Under the pieces are notes generated by a model. It had not been told where the DNA came from and ran no database searches. It saw nothing but the letters and a program-made list of their open reading frames with translations. DNA of 64,000 nt from Betaproteobacteria bacterium (GTDB taxonomy: Bacteria; Pseudomonadota; Gammaproteobacteria; Burkholderiales; SG8-39). Every line of letters starts with the position of its first letter. The first letter of the stretch is position 1. Of the stretch, positions 1-11,814 are shown in pieces. The translations under genes and the position numbers were made by a program. The stretch spans positions 8,848-72,847 of the forward strand of contig SCTY01000028.1 in NCBI GenBank assembly GCA_004297625.1. The letters run 5' to 3'.

Positions 1-248
1 TGGATGTCGCGGTCGTTGGCGCGGCACAGGCCGCAGACGGTCGAGTCCTTCACCGCGTTGGCGATCGCGCGCACCGCCTCGAAGTCGCCGTTCGAGGACG
101 CGGGGAAGCCCGCCTCGATGACATCCACGCGCATGCGCTCCAGCGCCCGCGCGATGCGCAGCTTCTCGTCCTTGGTCATGGACGCGCCGGGGCTCTGCTC
201 GCCGTCGCGCATCGTGGTGTCGAAAATGATCAGTTTCTGCTTGCTCAT
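1..248 (-). CDS. leuA: 2-isopropylmalate synthase, 5' part only (gene continues past the left edge)
   Basis: Own minus-strand translation from ATG at 246-248 gives [52 protein letters not shown]..., a classic LeuA N-terminus. It is absent from the ORF track because no stop lies in the window. Confidence 0.85.
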   Translation of the reverse strand, partial: MSKQKLIIFDTTMRDGEQSPGASMTKDEKLRIARALERMRVDVIEAGFPASSNGDFEAVRAIANAVKDSTVCGLCRANDRDI

Positions 249-308
249 GGAGTTATCCCTTGGCCTGGGTCAGGCCAGCTCAGCTTCTCGGATTGTGGGC
301 AGGAGTAT

Positions 309-392
309 TTAGCGCGCGGGGCGCAGCAGCAGGCCGCCCAGCGCGAGGAGCGCCAGGGGAAGGAGACCGCAAAGAAGCTTGGCCTGTTGCAC
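309..392 (-). other. 27-codon leucine-rich mini-ORF in the leuA 5' region (candidate leader peptide, speculative)
   Basis: GTG..TAA ORF MQQAKLLCGLLPLALLALGGLLLRPAR has 11 Leu of 27, three of them CTT codons. A hairpin tggcctg-ggt-caggcca at 261-277 lies between it and the leuA ATG. Confidence 0.2.
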
Positions 393-420
393 CGGCCGAC
401 TATAGCTTTACTCTAGGAAC

Positions 421-687
421 ATGACAAGAGAAGCGCTGAAGCGGGTCGAAGCCGGCCTGCCCGGGAGCTGGTATCGCGACCCGGCCCACTACCAGCGCGA
501 GCTCGACTCTGCGCTATGGGAGATCACCAACCGCCAGGACGCGCGCAACTGCGAATGGCAGCAGCAGGGACTGCAGTCGCGGGAATTCGTGCATGGCGTG
601 TACGTTCCGCAGGAGTTCGACGCACACCGCTTCGCGCAGTGGGTGCGCGAAGGTCTCGCCGCTAACGCGTCAGGAGCCAGCCGATGA
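421..687 (+). pseudogene. Internally deleted remnant of a Rieske-type ring-hydroxylating oxygenase alpha subunit
   Basis: The 88-aa ORF joins a typical N-terminus (LPGSWYRDPAHYQRELD) directly to a typical C-terminal tail (LWEITNRQDARNCEWQQQGLQSREF...PQEFDAHRFAQWV). The Rieske and catalytic core are missing. Confidence 0.45.
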
Positions 688-817
688 AGCCGAGCGCGGC
701 GAGCAGCCCGATGACCGCGCCGAGGACGCGCGAAGCGGTGCGCGCCGGCTGCTGCTCAGACTCGCTTTCCGTCTGCAGCGGCTGAAAACGCGGATAGCTT
801 CGTCCGATGCGGCCCAT
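662..817 (-). CDS. Possible 51-aa small membrane protein
   Basis: Own translation is MGRIGRSYPRFQPLQTESESEQQPARTASRVLGAVIGLLAALGFIGWLLTR. It has one C-terminal TM helix, a purine-rich GGGAGGGGAG run upstream and high GC3. It is below the ORF-track size cut-off. Confidence 0.25.
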   Translation of the reverse strand: MGRIGRSYPRFQPLQTESESEQQPARTASRVLGAVIGLLAALGFIGWLLTR

Positions 818-884
818 GGCCGCATCATCTCCCCTCCCGCGCGAACGGAGAAGGAATAAGGAAGTTGCTTGAAAGATTTTTACA

Positions 885-1670
885 CTACTCTTCGGGCAGC
901 ACCGGCCGCGCGCGGTGGCCCATTCCCCACATGACGTAGCCCGAGATGCCGTAAGACATGAAGAGCGCCCAGAGCACGAGGGACGGGCGCCAGGCCACCA
1001 CGGAGATGCCGATGACGCAGGCGAGGATTACCCAGAGCGGCACGCGCTTCTTCCAGTTCACTTCCTTGAAGCTCCAGAAGGGGACGTTCGACACCATCGT
1101 GATGCCGGCGAACACCGCCACCACCCACACCAGCCCCGCCGCCCAGCCGGTGGGCCGGAACTCGAAGTCGACGAGGACCCAGATGAGCCCGGTGAGCACC
1201 GCGGCGCCCGAGGGGCTCGGTAATCCCTGGAAGTAGCGCTTGTCGACCACCGCGATGTTGGCGTTGAACCGTGCAAGGCGAATCCCGGCCCCCGCGCAGT
1301 AAATGAAGGCGCCGATCCAGCCGAGCGTTCCGAGGTCCTTGAGCACCCAGATGTAGGACACGAGCGCCGGCGCCGCGCCGAAGGCCACCATGTCGGCGAT
1401 GCTGTCGAACTGCGCGCCGAACTCGCTCTGCGTGTTGGTCCAGCGCGCGACGCGCCCGTCCATGCCGTCGAGCACCATGGCGACGAAGATCGCGATCGCG
1501 CCGGTCTCGAAGCGCCCGTTCATCGCCTGCACGATGGCGAAGAACCCGCAGAAGAGCACTCCCGTGGTGAACAGGTTGGGCAGCAGGTAGATGCCGCGGC
1601 GGCGCAGGCCGCCGAGCCGCCCAGGCGGGGCGGCTACTTCCGGCTCGAACTCGGGGTCGTCGTCAGCCAT
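885..1670 (-). CDS. pssA: CDP-diacylglycerol--serine O-phosphatidyltransferase
   Basis: The 261-aa product starts at [10 protein letters not shown] and carries the CDP-alcohol phosphatidyltransferase motif (DGMDGRVAR...FDSIADMV) plus multiple TM helices. The track ORF 885..2204 is an over-extension. Confidence 0.9.
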   Translation of the reverse strand: MADDDPEFEPEVAAPPGRLGGLRRRGIYLLPNLFTTGVLFCGFFAIVQAMNGRFETGAIAIFVAMVLDGMDGRVARWTNTQSEFGAQFDSIADMVAFGAAPALVSYIWVLKDLGTLGWIGAFIYCAGAGIRLARFNANIAVVDKRYFQGLPSPSGAAVLTGLIWVLVDFEFRPTGWAAGLVWVVAVFAGITMVSNVPFWSFKEVNWKKRVPLWVILACVIGISVVAWRPSLVLWALFMSYGISGYVMWGMGHRARPVLPEE

Positions 1671-2302
1671 GCGAGCACGCTTTCCGCTGCAAAAACCTTT
1701 TCTCCGATCGCCGCCTTCACCTGCGCATCGATCGGCAGATACACGTCGACGCGTGAGCCGAAGCGGATGAAGCCGAAGCGCTGGCCCCGGGTCAGCTCGG
1801 CGCCTGCGCCAACATAGCACAGGATGCGCCGCGCGATCAGCCCGGCGACCTGCACGCAGGTGATGTCCGCGCCCTCTCGCGTGCGCAGCCAGATCGCGTT
1901 GCGCTCGTTGGAAAGCGACGCCTTGTCGAGCGCCGCGTTGACGAACGCGCCCGGGAAGTACCAGCGCTCCTTGACAACGCCGTCCACGGGAGAGCGGTTG
2001 GAATGCACGTTGAACACGTTCATGAACACCGAGACCTTCAGCGCCTGGCGCCGCAGGTACGGGTCCTCGGAGCGGCTCACTTCCACGATCCGCCCGTCCG
2101 CCGGCGCGACCACCGCGCGCGGATCGTCGGGCACCTCGCGCGCCGGATCCCTGAAGAACTGCAGGATGAACAGCGTGACGAGCCACAGCGGAAGCGACCA
2201 CCAACCGAAGAAATATGCGGTCAGGAACGAAACCCCGACTGCAATGGCGAGGAAAAGCCAGCCCTCGCGCGCGATCAGCGGGTGCGGCCAGGGCGCCTTC
2301 AC
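1634..2302 (-). CDS. psd: Phosphatidylserine decarboxylase (short Asd-type proenzyme)
   Basis: 222 aa with an N-terminal TM segment and an FGSRVD self-cleavage-type motif. It is adjacent to and overlaps pssA. Confidence 0.9.
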   Translation of the reverse strand: MKAPWPHPLIAREGWLFLAIAVGVSFLTAYFFGWWSLPLWLVTLFILQFFRDPAREVPDDPRAVVAPADGRIVEVSRSEDPYLRRQALKVSVFMNVFNVHSNRSPVDGVVKERWYFPGAFVNAALDKASLSNERNAIWLRTREGADITCVQVAGLIARRILCYVGAGAELTRGQRFGFIRFGSRVDVYLPIDAQVKAAIGEKVFAAESVLAWLTTTPSSSRK

Positions 2303-2305
2303 GCG

Positions 2306-3995
<1,690 letters not shown>

Positions 3996-3999
<4 letters not shown>

Positions 4000-5708
4000 A
4001 GCTCTTCGGAGAGGATCATTTCCGTCATCCCCTTGCCGCCGGGGATCATCGGATAGACGTTTTCCGTCTGGTCGGTGATGAAGTCGAGGAACACGAGCTC
4101 TTTCTTGCTGGCAAAGGCCTCGCGCAGCGCCGGCTCCACGTCGGCGGGCTTCTCGATCAGCACGCCGCGATGCCCGTAGCCCTCGGCGAGCTTCACGAAG
4201 TCGGGCAGCGCGTTCATGTAGGACTCGGAATAGCGGTTGCCGTGGAAGAACTCCTGCCACTGCCGCACCATGCCCATGTACCGGTTGTTGAGGTTCACGA
4301 TCTTGATGGGCAGGCGGTACTGCTTGCAGGTGGAGAGCTCCTGCAGGCACATCTGGATCGAGGATTCGCCGGTCACGCAGGCGACCGTCGCGCCGGGATT
4401 CGCGAGCTGCACTCCCATGGCGGCGGGCAAGCCGAATCCCATCGTCCCGAGGCCGCCCGAATTGATCCAGCGCCGCGGCTGGTTGAACTTGTAGAACTGC
4501 GCCGCCCACATCTGGTGCTGGCCGACATCGGACGTGACGAACGCCTCGCCCTTCGTGACCTCGTAGAGCTTCTCCAGCACGAACTGCGGCTTGATGATCT
4601 TCGAATTGCGGTCGTAGCGCAGGCAATCCTTCGCGCGCCACTCGTCGATCTGCTTCCACCACGCCTGAAGATCGTTCTTCGGCGCGCCTTGCAACAGCTT
4701 GTGGAGATCTTCCAGCACGTCGGGAATGTTGCCGACGATGGGCACGTCGACCTTTACGCGCTTGGAGATCGACGACGGGTCGATGTCGATATGGATGATC
4801 TTGCGCGGATTCTGCGCGAAGTGCGCCGGATTGCCGATGACGCGGTCGTCGAAGCGCGCGCCGATGGCGAGCAGCACGTCGCAGTGCTGCATGGCCATGT
4901 TGGCCTCGTAGGTGCCGTGCATGCCGGGCATGCCGAGGAATTGCGGATCGGTGCCCGGATAGCCGCCGAGGCCCATCAGCGTATTCGTGCAGGGGAAGCC
5001 CAGGAGCTTCACGAGCTCGCGAAGCTGGGGCGCGGCATTCGAAAGCACCACGCCGCCGCCGGTGTAGACCATCGGGCGCTCGGCTTCGCGCAGCAGTTGC
5101 ACCGCTTTCTTGATCTGCCCGGCGTGCCCCTTGCGCACCGGGTTGTAGGAGCGCATCGACACGCTGTCCGGGTAGTGGAACTCGGTGACAGCGGCCGTCA
5201 CGTCTTTCGGAATGTCGAGCACTACGGGCCCAGGCCGGCCGGTAGTGGCGATATGAAACGCCTTCTTGATGGCCGAGGCGAGGTCCTTCACGTCTTTCAC
5301 CAGCATGTTGTGCTTCACGATCGGACGCGTAATGCCCACCGCGTCGCACTCCTGAAAGGCGTCGAGGCCGATCGCGTGGGTAGGCACTTGCCCGGTGAGC
5401 ACGACCATGGGAATCGAATCCATGTACGCCGTCGCGATGCCGGTGACCGCGTTCGTCACGCCCGGGCCGGAGGTCACGAGACATACGCCGACCTTGTTCG
5501 AGGAGCGCGAGTAACCGTCGGCCGCGTGCGCCGCGCCCTGCTCGTGGCGCACCAGCACGTGGCGCACCTTGTCCTGCTTGAAAAGCTCGTCGTAGATGAA
5601 GAGAACCGCGCCGCCGGGATAGCCGAACACGTACTCGACCCCCTCCTCCTGGAGGCAGCGCACCACGATTTCGGCGCCGGTGAGCCGGCTGGTCTTGACT
5701 CGGTCCAT
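3996..5708 (-). CDS. ilvI: Acetolactate synthase large (catalytic) subunit
   Basis: ThDP enzyme: MDRVKTSRLTGAEIVVRCLQEEGVEYVFGYPGGAVL...GGLGTMGFGLPAAMG. ATG at 5708 is preferred over the TTG at 5747 used by the track. Confidence 0.95.
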
Positions 5709-5757
5709 AGTCCCCAGAGGAAAAAGCGGCGGAAAAGCTTTGAACAATAATGGCTTG

Positions 5758-6414
5758 GTGCGGTGCGGTCAAGCCGCGCGGCCGGTCGCCGCAGAGCGTT
5801 TTTGGTACCATCGGACGCAAACAAACACCGCTCCGGCAGAGGGTCACCTGGCATCCCGCAGCGAACTCTCGACGTTCCTGCAGGGCATCGAGCGACGGGC
5901 GTTCAAACAAGCGGTTTTCGCGGTCCGCGAAGAAGAAGCGGCGCTCGACATCGTGCAGGACGCGATGCTGCGGCTCGCCGAGAAATACGGCGATCGGCCG
6001 GTTGCGGAGCTGCCGCTGCTCTTCCACCGCATCATGCAGAACGCGATCCGCGACTGGTTTCGGCGGCAGAAGGTGCGCTCGCTATGGACGACGCTGCTTT
6101 CCTCCCTGTCGCCGGGGCGCGAGGACGACGACCACGACCCTTTGGAAACCTTGGAGGCTGGCGCCGACTCGAATGCGGAGGAGGCGCCTGCCAGCGCTTT
6201 GGAGCGGGCTCAAGTGCTTGAAATCATTGAGCAAGAGCTCGCACGGTTGCCGCAGCGTCAACGGCAGGCTTTCATCATGCGTTATTGGGAGGAATTGGAC
6301 GTCGCCGAAACCGCCCGGGTCATGGGCTGCTCGGAGGGCAGCGTGAAAACGCATTGCTCCCGGGCGGCGCATACTTTGGCGGCTGCGCTTAAGACGCGCG
6401 GCATAACGCTGTGA
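5758..6414 (+). CDS. ECF-type RNA polymerase sigma-70 family factor
   Basis: Sigma2/sigma4 regions are present (ALDIVQDAMLRLAEKY...RQRQAFIMRYWEELDVAETARVMGCSEGSVKTHCSRA). The start is uncertain: GTG 5758, or CTG 5848 preceded by AGAGGG. Confidence 0.85.
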   Translation: MRCGQAARPVAAERFWYHRTQTNTAPAEGHLASRSELSTFLQGIERRAFKQAVFAVREEEAALDIVQDAMLRLAEKYGDRPVAELPLLFHRIMQNAIRDWFRRQKVRSLWTTLLSSLSPGREDDDHDPLETLEAGADSNAEEAPASALERAQVLEIIEQELARLPQRQRQAFIMRYWEELDVAETARVMGCSEGSVKTHCSRAAHTLAAALKTRGITL

Positions 6415-6435
6415 GGGGCAACGTCCGCTAACACG

Positions 6436-6816
6436 ATGAACGAGATGCAATTCGGAAACAAGGTCCGCCAGGTCCTCAACCAGGGACTGCGAGTCGACGC
6501 GAGCATCGCGCAGCGGCTGAAAGCCGCCCGCGAGTCGGCGCTCGCCCGCCAGCGCCCGGAGCCGGCGCCCGCCCTCGCCTGGGCGGACAACATCGTCGGA
6601 CGCTTCGGCGGGTGGAGGGGATTGGTGCTGTACGTGATCGTGCCGCTCGCCTTCCTGCTCATCGGCGGTGCGGGCGCGTACACCTGGCAGCAGAACCGCA
6701 TCATCGCCGAGCTCGAGGAGATCGATACGCAGTTGCTTACCGACGATCTGCCGATCGACGCGTACCTCGATCGCGGATTCCAGAACTGGCTGAAAAAGCG
6801 CGCCGCGGAGCAGTGA
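6436..6816 (+). CDS. DUF3619-family membrane protein (probable ECF-sigma partner)
   Basis: 126 aa with a single TM helix. It sits in the conserved position after this ECF sigma type. Confidence 0.7.
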   Translation: MNEMQFGNKVRQVLNQGLRVDASIAQRLKAARESALARQRPEPAPALAWADNIVGRFGGWRGLVLYVIVPLAFLLIGGAGAYTWQQNRIIAELEEIDTQLLTDDLPIDAYLDRGFQNWLKKRAAEQ

Positions 6817-7286
6817 TGGTGCGCGCGGCGCTCTTCGTCCTGGCGCTGTGCGTCGCGGCAGTCGCGGGAGCCCAGCAAGTCCCCGCAAAACCGGCGCCCG
6901 CCAAGCCGGCGGTTACGGCCAAAGCGCAGAAGCGGCCGGCATGGGCCGAGCTCACCGCGGACCAGCAGATGATCCTCGCTCCCCTGAAATCCGACTGGGA
7001 CAGCCTTACGCCGGAGCGCCGGCGCAAGTGGATCGGCATCGCCAACCGCTATCCCGGCATGAGCGCGAAGGAGCAGGAGCGCGTGCAGCGGCGCATGCAG
7101 GCGTGGGCGAAGCTCACCCCCGAGCAACGCCGCATCGCTCGCGAGAACTACAAGCGCATCGCCAAGCAGCGTGCCGAACAACGGCAGCAGCTAGCCGAGC
7201 GCTGGGCGGAGTACCAGGCATTGCCGCCTCACGAGCGCTGGAGCCACGTGCCGCCTCCGGGCAACCCGCCTAGAAACCTGAAATAG
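6816..7286 (+). CDS. DUF3106-family secreted protein
   Basis: ATGA overlap with the upstream gene. It has a signal peptide (MVRAALFVLALCVAAVAGAQQ) and repeated W-x-x-L-(T/S)-P-E-(Q/R)-R motifs. Confidence 0.7.
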   Translation: MVRAALFVLALCVAAVAGAQQVPAKPAPAKPAVTAKAQKRPAWAELTADQQMILAPLKSDWDSLTPERRRKWIGIANRYPGMSAKEQERVQRRMQAWAKLTPEQRRIARENYKRIAKQRAEQRQQLAERWAEYQALPPHERWSHVPPPGNPPRNLK

Positions 7287-7290
7287 CGTC

Positions 7291-7683
7291 GTGCCGACCG
7301 CCGGCCTGCCGCGCCGCCTCGCGGCCATGGCTTACGAGGCCGTGCTGCTTTTCGCCGTGGGGTTCTTCGCGGCGTGGGTCTTCTTTTTTGCGAGCGGCGG
7401 CGTCCAGGCCACGACCGGCTGGCAGCGCCATCTGCTGCAGCTTTTCATTGCCCTCGTGTTCGCCGGCTACTTCCTGTGGAGCTGGCTGCGCGGCGGCCAG
7501 ACGCTCGCCATGAAGACCTGGCGCGTACGCCTCGTGAACGTGACGCCCGGCAAAGCGCTCCTGCGCTTCGCGCTCGCGCTGATCCTCGTGCCTGCCGGCA
7601 TTGCCATCGTCTGGGCGCTGTTCGACCGCGACCGGCAGTTCCTGCACGATCGGCTTGCCGGCACGCGGCTCGTGTCCGCGTAG
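7291..7683 (+). CDS. RDD-family membrane protein
   Basis: 130 aa with hydrophobic helices and a C-terminal DRxxQFLHDRLAGT motif typical of RDD domains. Confidence 0.75.
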   Translation: MPTAGLPRRLAAMAYEAVLLFAVGFFAAWVFFFASGGVQATTGWQRHLLQLFIALVFAGYFLWSWLRGGQTLAMKTWRVRLVNVTPGKALLRFALALILVPAGIAIVWALFDRDRQFLHDRLAGTRLVSA

Positions 7684-7695
7684 GAGCTGCCTCTT

Positions 7696-7716
7696 AAATG
7701 GGGTCTGTCCCCATTT
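7696..7716. terminator. Bidirectional stem-loop between convergent RDD gene and lptG
   Basis: aaatgggg-tctgt-ccccattt forms an 8-bp stem. It is flanked by T-rich sequence on the plus side and A/T-rich sequence on the minus side. Confidence 0.55.
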
Positions 7717-8803
7717 ATCTTCTTTCCACCCACCACATCATCAGCACGGCCGCCGCAAGAAAGGCGGCGCTCGGGACCACCGCGGCGGAGAACGGCGGCC
7801 AGTTCTGCAGCAGGCCGATGTGCGAAAAAAGGCTGTTCAGCATGTGGAAGAAGATGCCCAGCATGATGCCGAGGAATACCTTCACGCCGACCGCGCCGGC
7901 GCGCGCCGACATGTATGCGAAAGGCAGCGCGAGCGCCATCATCACCAGCGCCGCGAGCGGATAAAGCAGCTTCTTCCAGAACGCGATTTCGTAGCGCTCG
8001 GTCTTCTGCCGGTTGCCGGCGAGGTGCTGGGTGTACTTGTGCAGCGCCCAGGCCGACATGTGCTCGGGGCGCACGATGAGCGCATCGAGCATCTCGGGAT
8101 TCACTGCCGAGCGCCATTCCTCCTCGGGCATGCGCGTGGTGCGCGGACCGTCGCGCGTGAACTCGGTCTGGACCACGTCCACCAGCCGCCAGCGCCCGCC
8201 GCTTTCGTATTCGGCGCGCTGCGCTGCAGTCATGCGCCGCAGGCGGTAATCGGCATCGAAGTCGAAGATGCGCACCCCTGAGAGCGAGTTCGCCTGGCGC
8301 GCCTCGCGGACGTTGATGAAGGCGCCCTCGTCCTTGAACCACAGCCCGGACTGCAAATCCTGCCCGATGAGCGAGCTCATCGCGCGCAGCTTCACCTTCT
8401 GCGCCTGCTCCTCCGCATTCGGGGCCAGCCATTCGCCGATGACGAAGGTGAACACGACGAACGCCAGGCCGATCTTGGCGAGCGCGAGCGCTGCGCGGCC
8501 CGGCGAGAGCCCCGAGCCGCGCATCACCGTGTACTCCGAGTTGCTGGCGAGGTGCGCGAGCACGTACAAGGTGCCGATGAGCACTGCCACCGGGAACAGC
8601 TCGTAGGCGTTCGTCGGCATGGAAAGCAGCACGAACGTGAACACCTGGCGCAGGTTGTAGTCGCCCGTGCCGAGATCGGCGAGCTCCTTGATCAGGTCGA
8701 AAAACGCGAACAGCGAGAGGAAGCCGAGCAGCACGAAGCCGACGGTGGCGTAGATCTGGCGCGCGAAGTAGCGCTCGAGCGTCGGAATTTGCCTTAGCGC
8801 CAT
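7715..8803 (-). CDS. lptG: LPS export ABC permease LptG
   Basis: 362 aa of the YjgP/YjgQ permease family, paired with lptF. Confidence 0.9.
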   Translation of the reverse strand: MALRQIPTLERYFARQIYATVGFVLLGFLSLFAFFDLIKELADLGTGDYNLRQVFTFVLLSMPTNAYELFPVAVLIGTLYVLAHLASNSEYTVMRGSGLSPGRAALALAKIGLAFVVFTFVIGEWLAPNAEEQAQKVKLRAMSSLIGQDLQSGLWFKDEGAFINVREARQANSLSGVRIFDFDADYRLRRMTAAQRAEYESGGRWRLVDVVQTEFTRDGPRTTRMPEEEWRSAVNPEMLDALIVRPEHMSAWALHKYTQHLAGNRQKTERYEIAFWKKLLYPLAALVMMALALPFAYMSARAGAVGVKVFLGIMLGIFFHMLNSLFSHIGLLQNWPPFSAAVVPSAAFLAAAVLMMWWVERR

Positions 8804-8813
8804 GCGCGCAGCC

Positions 8814-9890
8814 TCATCGGCCGATGCGCAGGCGTATCAGCTGCATGCGGCGGGCGAACATCACGACGAGCAGCACCACCATGCCGGCATGCACCAGCCA
8901 CCAGCCGACGCCGAAATCGAGGCGCCCCTGCACGACCTTCGCCTGGCTCACGCTGAGCAGGTTCGAGTACACGATGTAGGTGAAGAGCGCGAACAGCAGG
9001 TTGACCGAGCGTCCCGCGCGCGGATTGACGAAGCTCATCGGGATGGCGAGCAGCACGAGCACGATGGCCGAGATCGGCACGCCGATGCGCCATAAGAGCT
9101 CGCCGAGGTTGGCGTTGCTCGGATCCATGATCAGCGCCCAGGTCGGCAGATTCTTTTGCGTCGGCGGCGGCGCCGCGCTTTCCTTGGTCTCGATGCGCGC
9201 GGCGTAGCGCTCGAACTCCATCACGCGGTACTCCTCGTCGCCGGGCGAGCCCTCGTAGCGCCTGCCCTGCTCCAGCACGATGAAGTGGTCGCCGTTCGGC
9301 GCCGTTTCCGTGCGCCCGGTGCGGCTCATGATGACGCCGCTTTTCTGCTGCTGCACCGAGCTCACGAATACGTTCTGCACGGCGGAGGAGTCGCCGGAGA
9401 TCGACTCCACGAAGAACACGCGATCCTTGCTCGAGGTCTCGCCGAACACGCCGGGACTGACGCGCGAGACGTCGTCGCGCGCTTCGAGACGCGAGCTGAA
9501 CTGCTCGGCCATCTCCGCCGCCCACGGCGCGATGAACAAGGACAGCGCCGAGATCACCGCGATGAGCGGCAGCGCGAACAGCATCACGGGCTTGAGCCAC
9601 GCGGTGAGCGAAAGCCCCGAGCCGAACCAGATCACCATCTCGGAATCGCGCCAGCTGCGCGTGAGCGTGAGCAGCACCGAGATGAACATCGTGAGCGACA
9701 GCAGCACGGGCAGCGCATTGAGCGCGAAGAAGCCGAGGAACGCGACGACCGCGTCGGACGGAATCTTGCCGCCCGCTGCCTGGCCGAGCAGGCGGATGAG
9801 CCGCGTGGTGAGCGCGATGGCGAACAGCGTCATGAACACCGCGCCCGCGAGGCCGGCGAATTCCCTGAGGAGCGCCCGGTGGAAGATCAT
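8814..9890 (-). CDS. lptF: LPS export ABC permease LptF
   Basis: 358 aa of the YjgP/YjgQ family, divergent from pepA as in many proteobacteria. Confidence 0.9.
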   Translation of the reverse strand: MIFHRALLREFAGLAGAVFMTLFAIALTTRLIRLLGQAAGGKIPSDAVVAFLGFFALNALPVLLSLTMFISVLLTLTRSWRDSEMVIWFGSGLSLTAWLKPVMLFALPLIAVISALSLFIAPWAAEMAEQFSSRLEARDDVSRVSPGVFGETSSKDRVFFVESISGDSSAVQNVFVSSVQQQKSGVIMSRTGRTETAPNGDHFIVLEQGRRYEGSPGDEEYRVMEFERYAARIETKESAAPPPTQKNLPTWALIMDPSNANLGELLWRIGVPISAIVLVLLAIPMSFVNPRAGRSVNLLFALFTYIVYSNLLSVSQAKVVQGRLDFGVGWWLVHAGMVVLLVVMFARRMQLIRLRIGR

Positions 9891-9904
9891 GCGATACTTT
9901 CGCC

Positions 9905-11383
9905 ATGGAATTTAGCATAAAGGCTCTCTCTCCCGAGGCGGCAAAAACAGGCTGCGTGGTGCTCGGGTTTCATTCGGGAAAGGAGCTCACGCCGGCGGCG
10001 AAGCGAGTCGACCAGGCGGCGCGCGGCGCGCTGCGCAAGGCGCTCGGAGACGTGTCGGGCAAGACCGGCTCGACGCTGCTGCTGCGCGGATTGCCCGGGG
10101 TGGCCGCCGAGCGCGTGCTGCTCGTCGGCTTGGGCGAGCGCAAGGAGTTCGGCGAGAACGCCTATCGCGATGCCGTGCGCGCCGCCGCCAACGCGCTGCG
10201 CGAGCTGGGCGCAAAGGACGCGGCGCTGTTCCTCGTGGACACGAAGGTCGGCACGCGGCCGGTAAGCTGGAACCTGCGCCACGCGGTTCTCGGCACGCGC
10301 GAAGCGTTCTATCGCTTCGAGCAGCTCAAGACGCGGAAAAAAACGAGCGCGCCGGCGCTCTCGCACGTCGTGCTTCCGCTGAGCCCGAGCGCGCAGCTTG
10401 CGAGCGCGCTCGCCGAAGCGCGCGCTACCGCCGACGGCGCGGCGCTCGCGCGCACCCTCGGCAACCTGCCGGCGAACATCTGCACGCCCGGCTATCTCGC
10501 CGACGAGGCGAAAAAGCTCGCGCGCCAGTACAAGCTCCAGGTCGAGGTCCTCGAGCGCCGCGACATGGAAAAGCTCGGCATGGGCGCGCTGCTGTCGGTG
10601 GCGCGCGCGTCGCACCAGCCGCCCAAGCTCATCGTCCTGCGCTATTCGGGCGGCGCGAAAGGCCGCAGGCCGCTCGCGCTGGTCGGCAAAGGCATCACCT
10701 TCGACACGGGCGGCATCTCGCTCAAGCCCGCCGGTGAGATGGACGAGATGAAGTTCGACATGTCGGGAGCAGCGAGCGTTCTCGGCGCCCTGCACGCCCT
10801 TGCGGGCATGCGCGCGCCGGTGAACGTGGTCGGCGTCATCCCGACGTGCGAGAACATGCCGGGCGGATCGGCGTCCCGCCCGGGCGACGTGGTAACGACT
10901 CTTTCCGGCCAGACGGTGGAGATACTCAATACCGACGCCGAAGGGCGCCTGATCCTGTGCGATGCGCTCACCTACGCGGCGCGCTTCCAGCCCGAAGCGG
11001 TGCTCGACATCGCCACGCTCACCGGGGCCTGCGTCGTCGCTCTCGGGCACGTCGCCACCGGGCTTTTCGCCAACGACCAGAAGCTCGCGGACGAGGTACG
11101 CGCCGCCGCCGACGAGGCGTGGGACCGCGTCTGGCAGATGCCGCTCTGGGAGGACTACCAGGAGCAGCTGCGCTCGAACTTCGCCGATTTCGCGAACATC
11201 GGCGGCCGCCCCGCGGGCAGCATTACCGCGGCGTGCTTTCTTGCCCGCTTCGCGCGCGAGATGCGCTGGGCGCACCTCGACATCGCGGGCACCGCCTGGA
11301 AAAGCGGCCGTGAAAAGGGCTCCACCGGAAGACCCGTGCCGCTGCTGGTGCGCTTCGCGTTGCGACATGCAGGCAGGAAGTGA
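9905..11383 (+). CDS. pepA: Leucyl aminopeptidase (M17)
   Basis: 492 aa with the NTDAEGRLILCDAL signature. Confidence 0.95.
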   Translation: MEFSIKALSPEAAKTGCVVLGFHSGKELTPAAKRVDQAARGALRKALGDVSGKTGSTLLLRGLPGVAAERVLLVGLGERKEFGENAYRDAVRAAANALRELGAKDAALFLVDTKVGTRPVSWNLRHAVLGTREAFYRFEQLKTRKKTSAPALSHVVLPLSPSAQLASALAEARATADGAALARTLGNLPANICTPGYLADEAKKLARQYKLQVEVLERRDMEKLGMGALLSVARASHQPPKLIVLRYSGGAKGRRPLALVGKGITFDTGGISLKPAGEMDEMKFDMSGAASVLGALHALAGMRAPVNVVGVIPTCENMPGGSASRPGDVVTTLSGQTVEILNTDAEGRLILCDALTYAARFQPEAVLDIATLTGACVVALGHVATGLFANDQKLADEVRAAADEAWDRVWQMPLWEDYQEQLRSNFADFANIGGRPAGSITAACFLARFAREMRWAHLDIAGTAWKSGREKGSTGRPVPLLVRFALRHAGRK

Positions 11384-11814
11384 CGAGCATTGACTTCTAT
11401 TTCAACGCCGAAGACCGCCTGCAGGTAGCGTGCCGCCTCGCCGGCAAGGCCCTAGCCCAGCGCAAGCGAATGCTCATCTACGCACCCGAAGCCGAAATCG
11501 CGAGCCGCGTCGACCGGATGCTCTGGACCTGGCCGGCGATCGGCTTCGTGCCGCACTGCGCGGCGCACGACCCGCTTGCCGCCGACACGCCGGTCCTCAT
11601 AGCGTCGGATCCGCAAACCTCGCCCGACTGCGAGGTGCTGCTCAACCTCGGCGCGGAGTGCCCGCCGCATTTCGAGCGTTTCGAGCGCCTGCTGGAAGTG
11701 GTGTCCGGCGAGGAGTCCGAGCGCCAGGCGGGGCGCAGCCGCTACCGTTTCTACCTCGAGCGCGGGTACGAGATCGCGAATCACGACCTCGGCAAGGAGC
11801 AAACCGGTGAGTGA
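11380..11814 (+). CDS. holC: DNA polymerase III chi subunit
   Basis: 144 aa, ...IDFYFNAEDRLQVACRLAGKA..., in the conserved pepA-holC-valS context. Confidence 0.85.
   Translation: MTSIDFYFNAEDRLQVACRLAGKALAQRKRMLIYAPEAEIASRVDRMLWTWPAIGFVPHCAAHDPLAADTPVLIASDPQTSPDCEVLLNLGAECPPHFERFERLLEVVSGEESERQAGRSRYRFYLERGYEIANHDLGKEQTGE

Noticed and set aside
4-312. 102-aa plus-strand ORF at the left edge
   Set aside because: It is antisense to the unmistakable leuA N-terminus.
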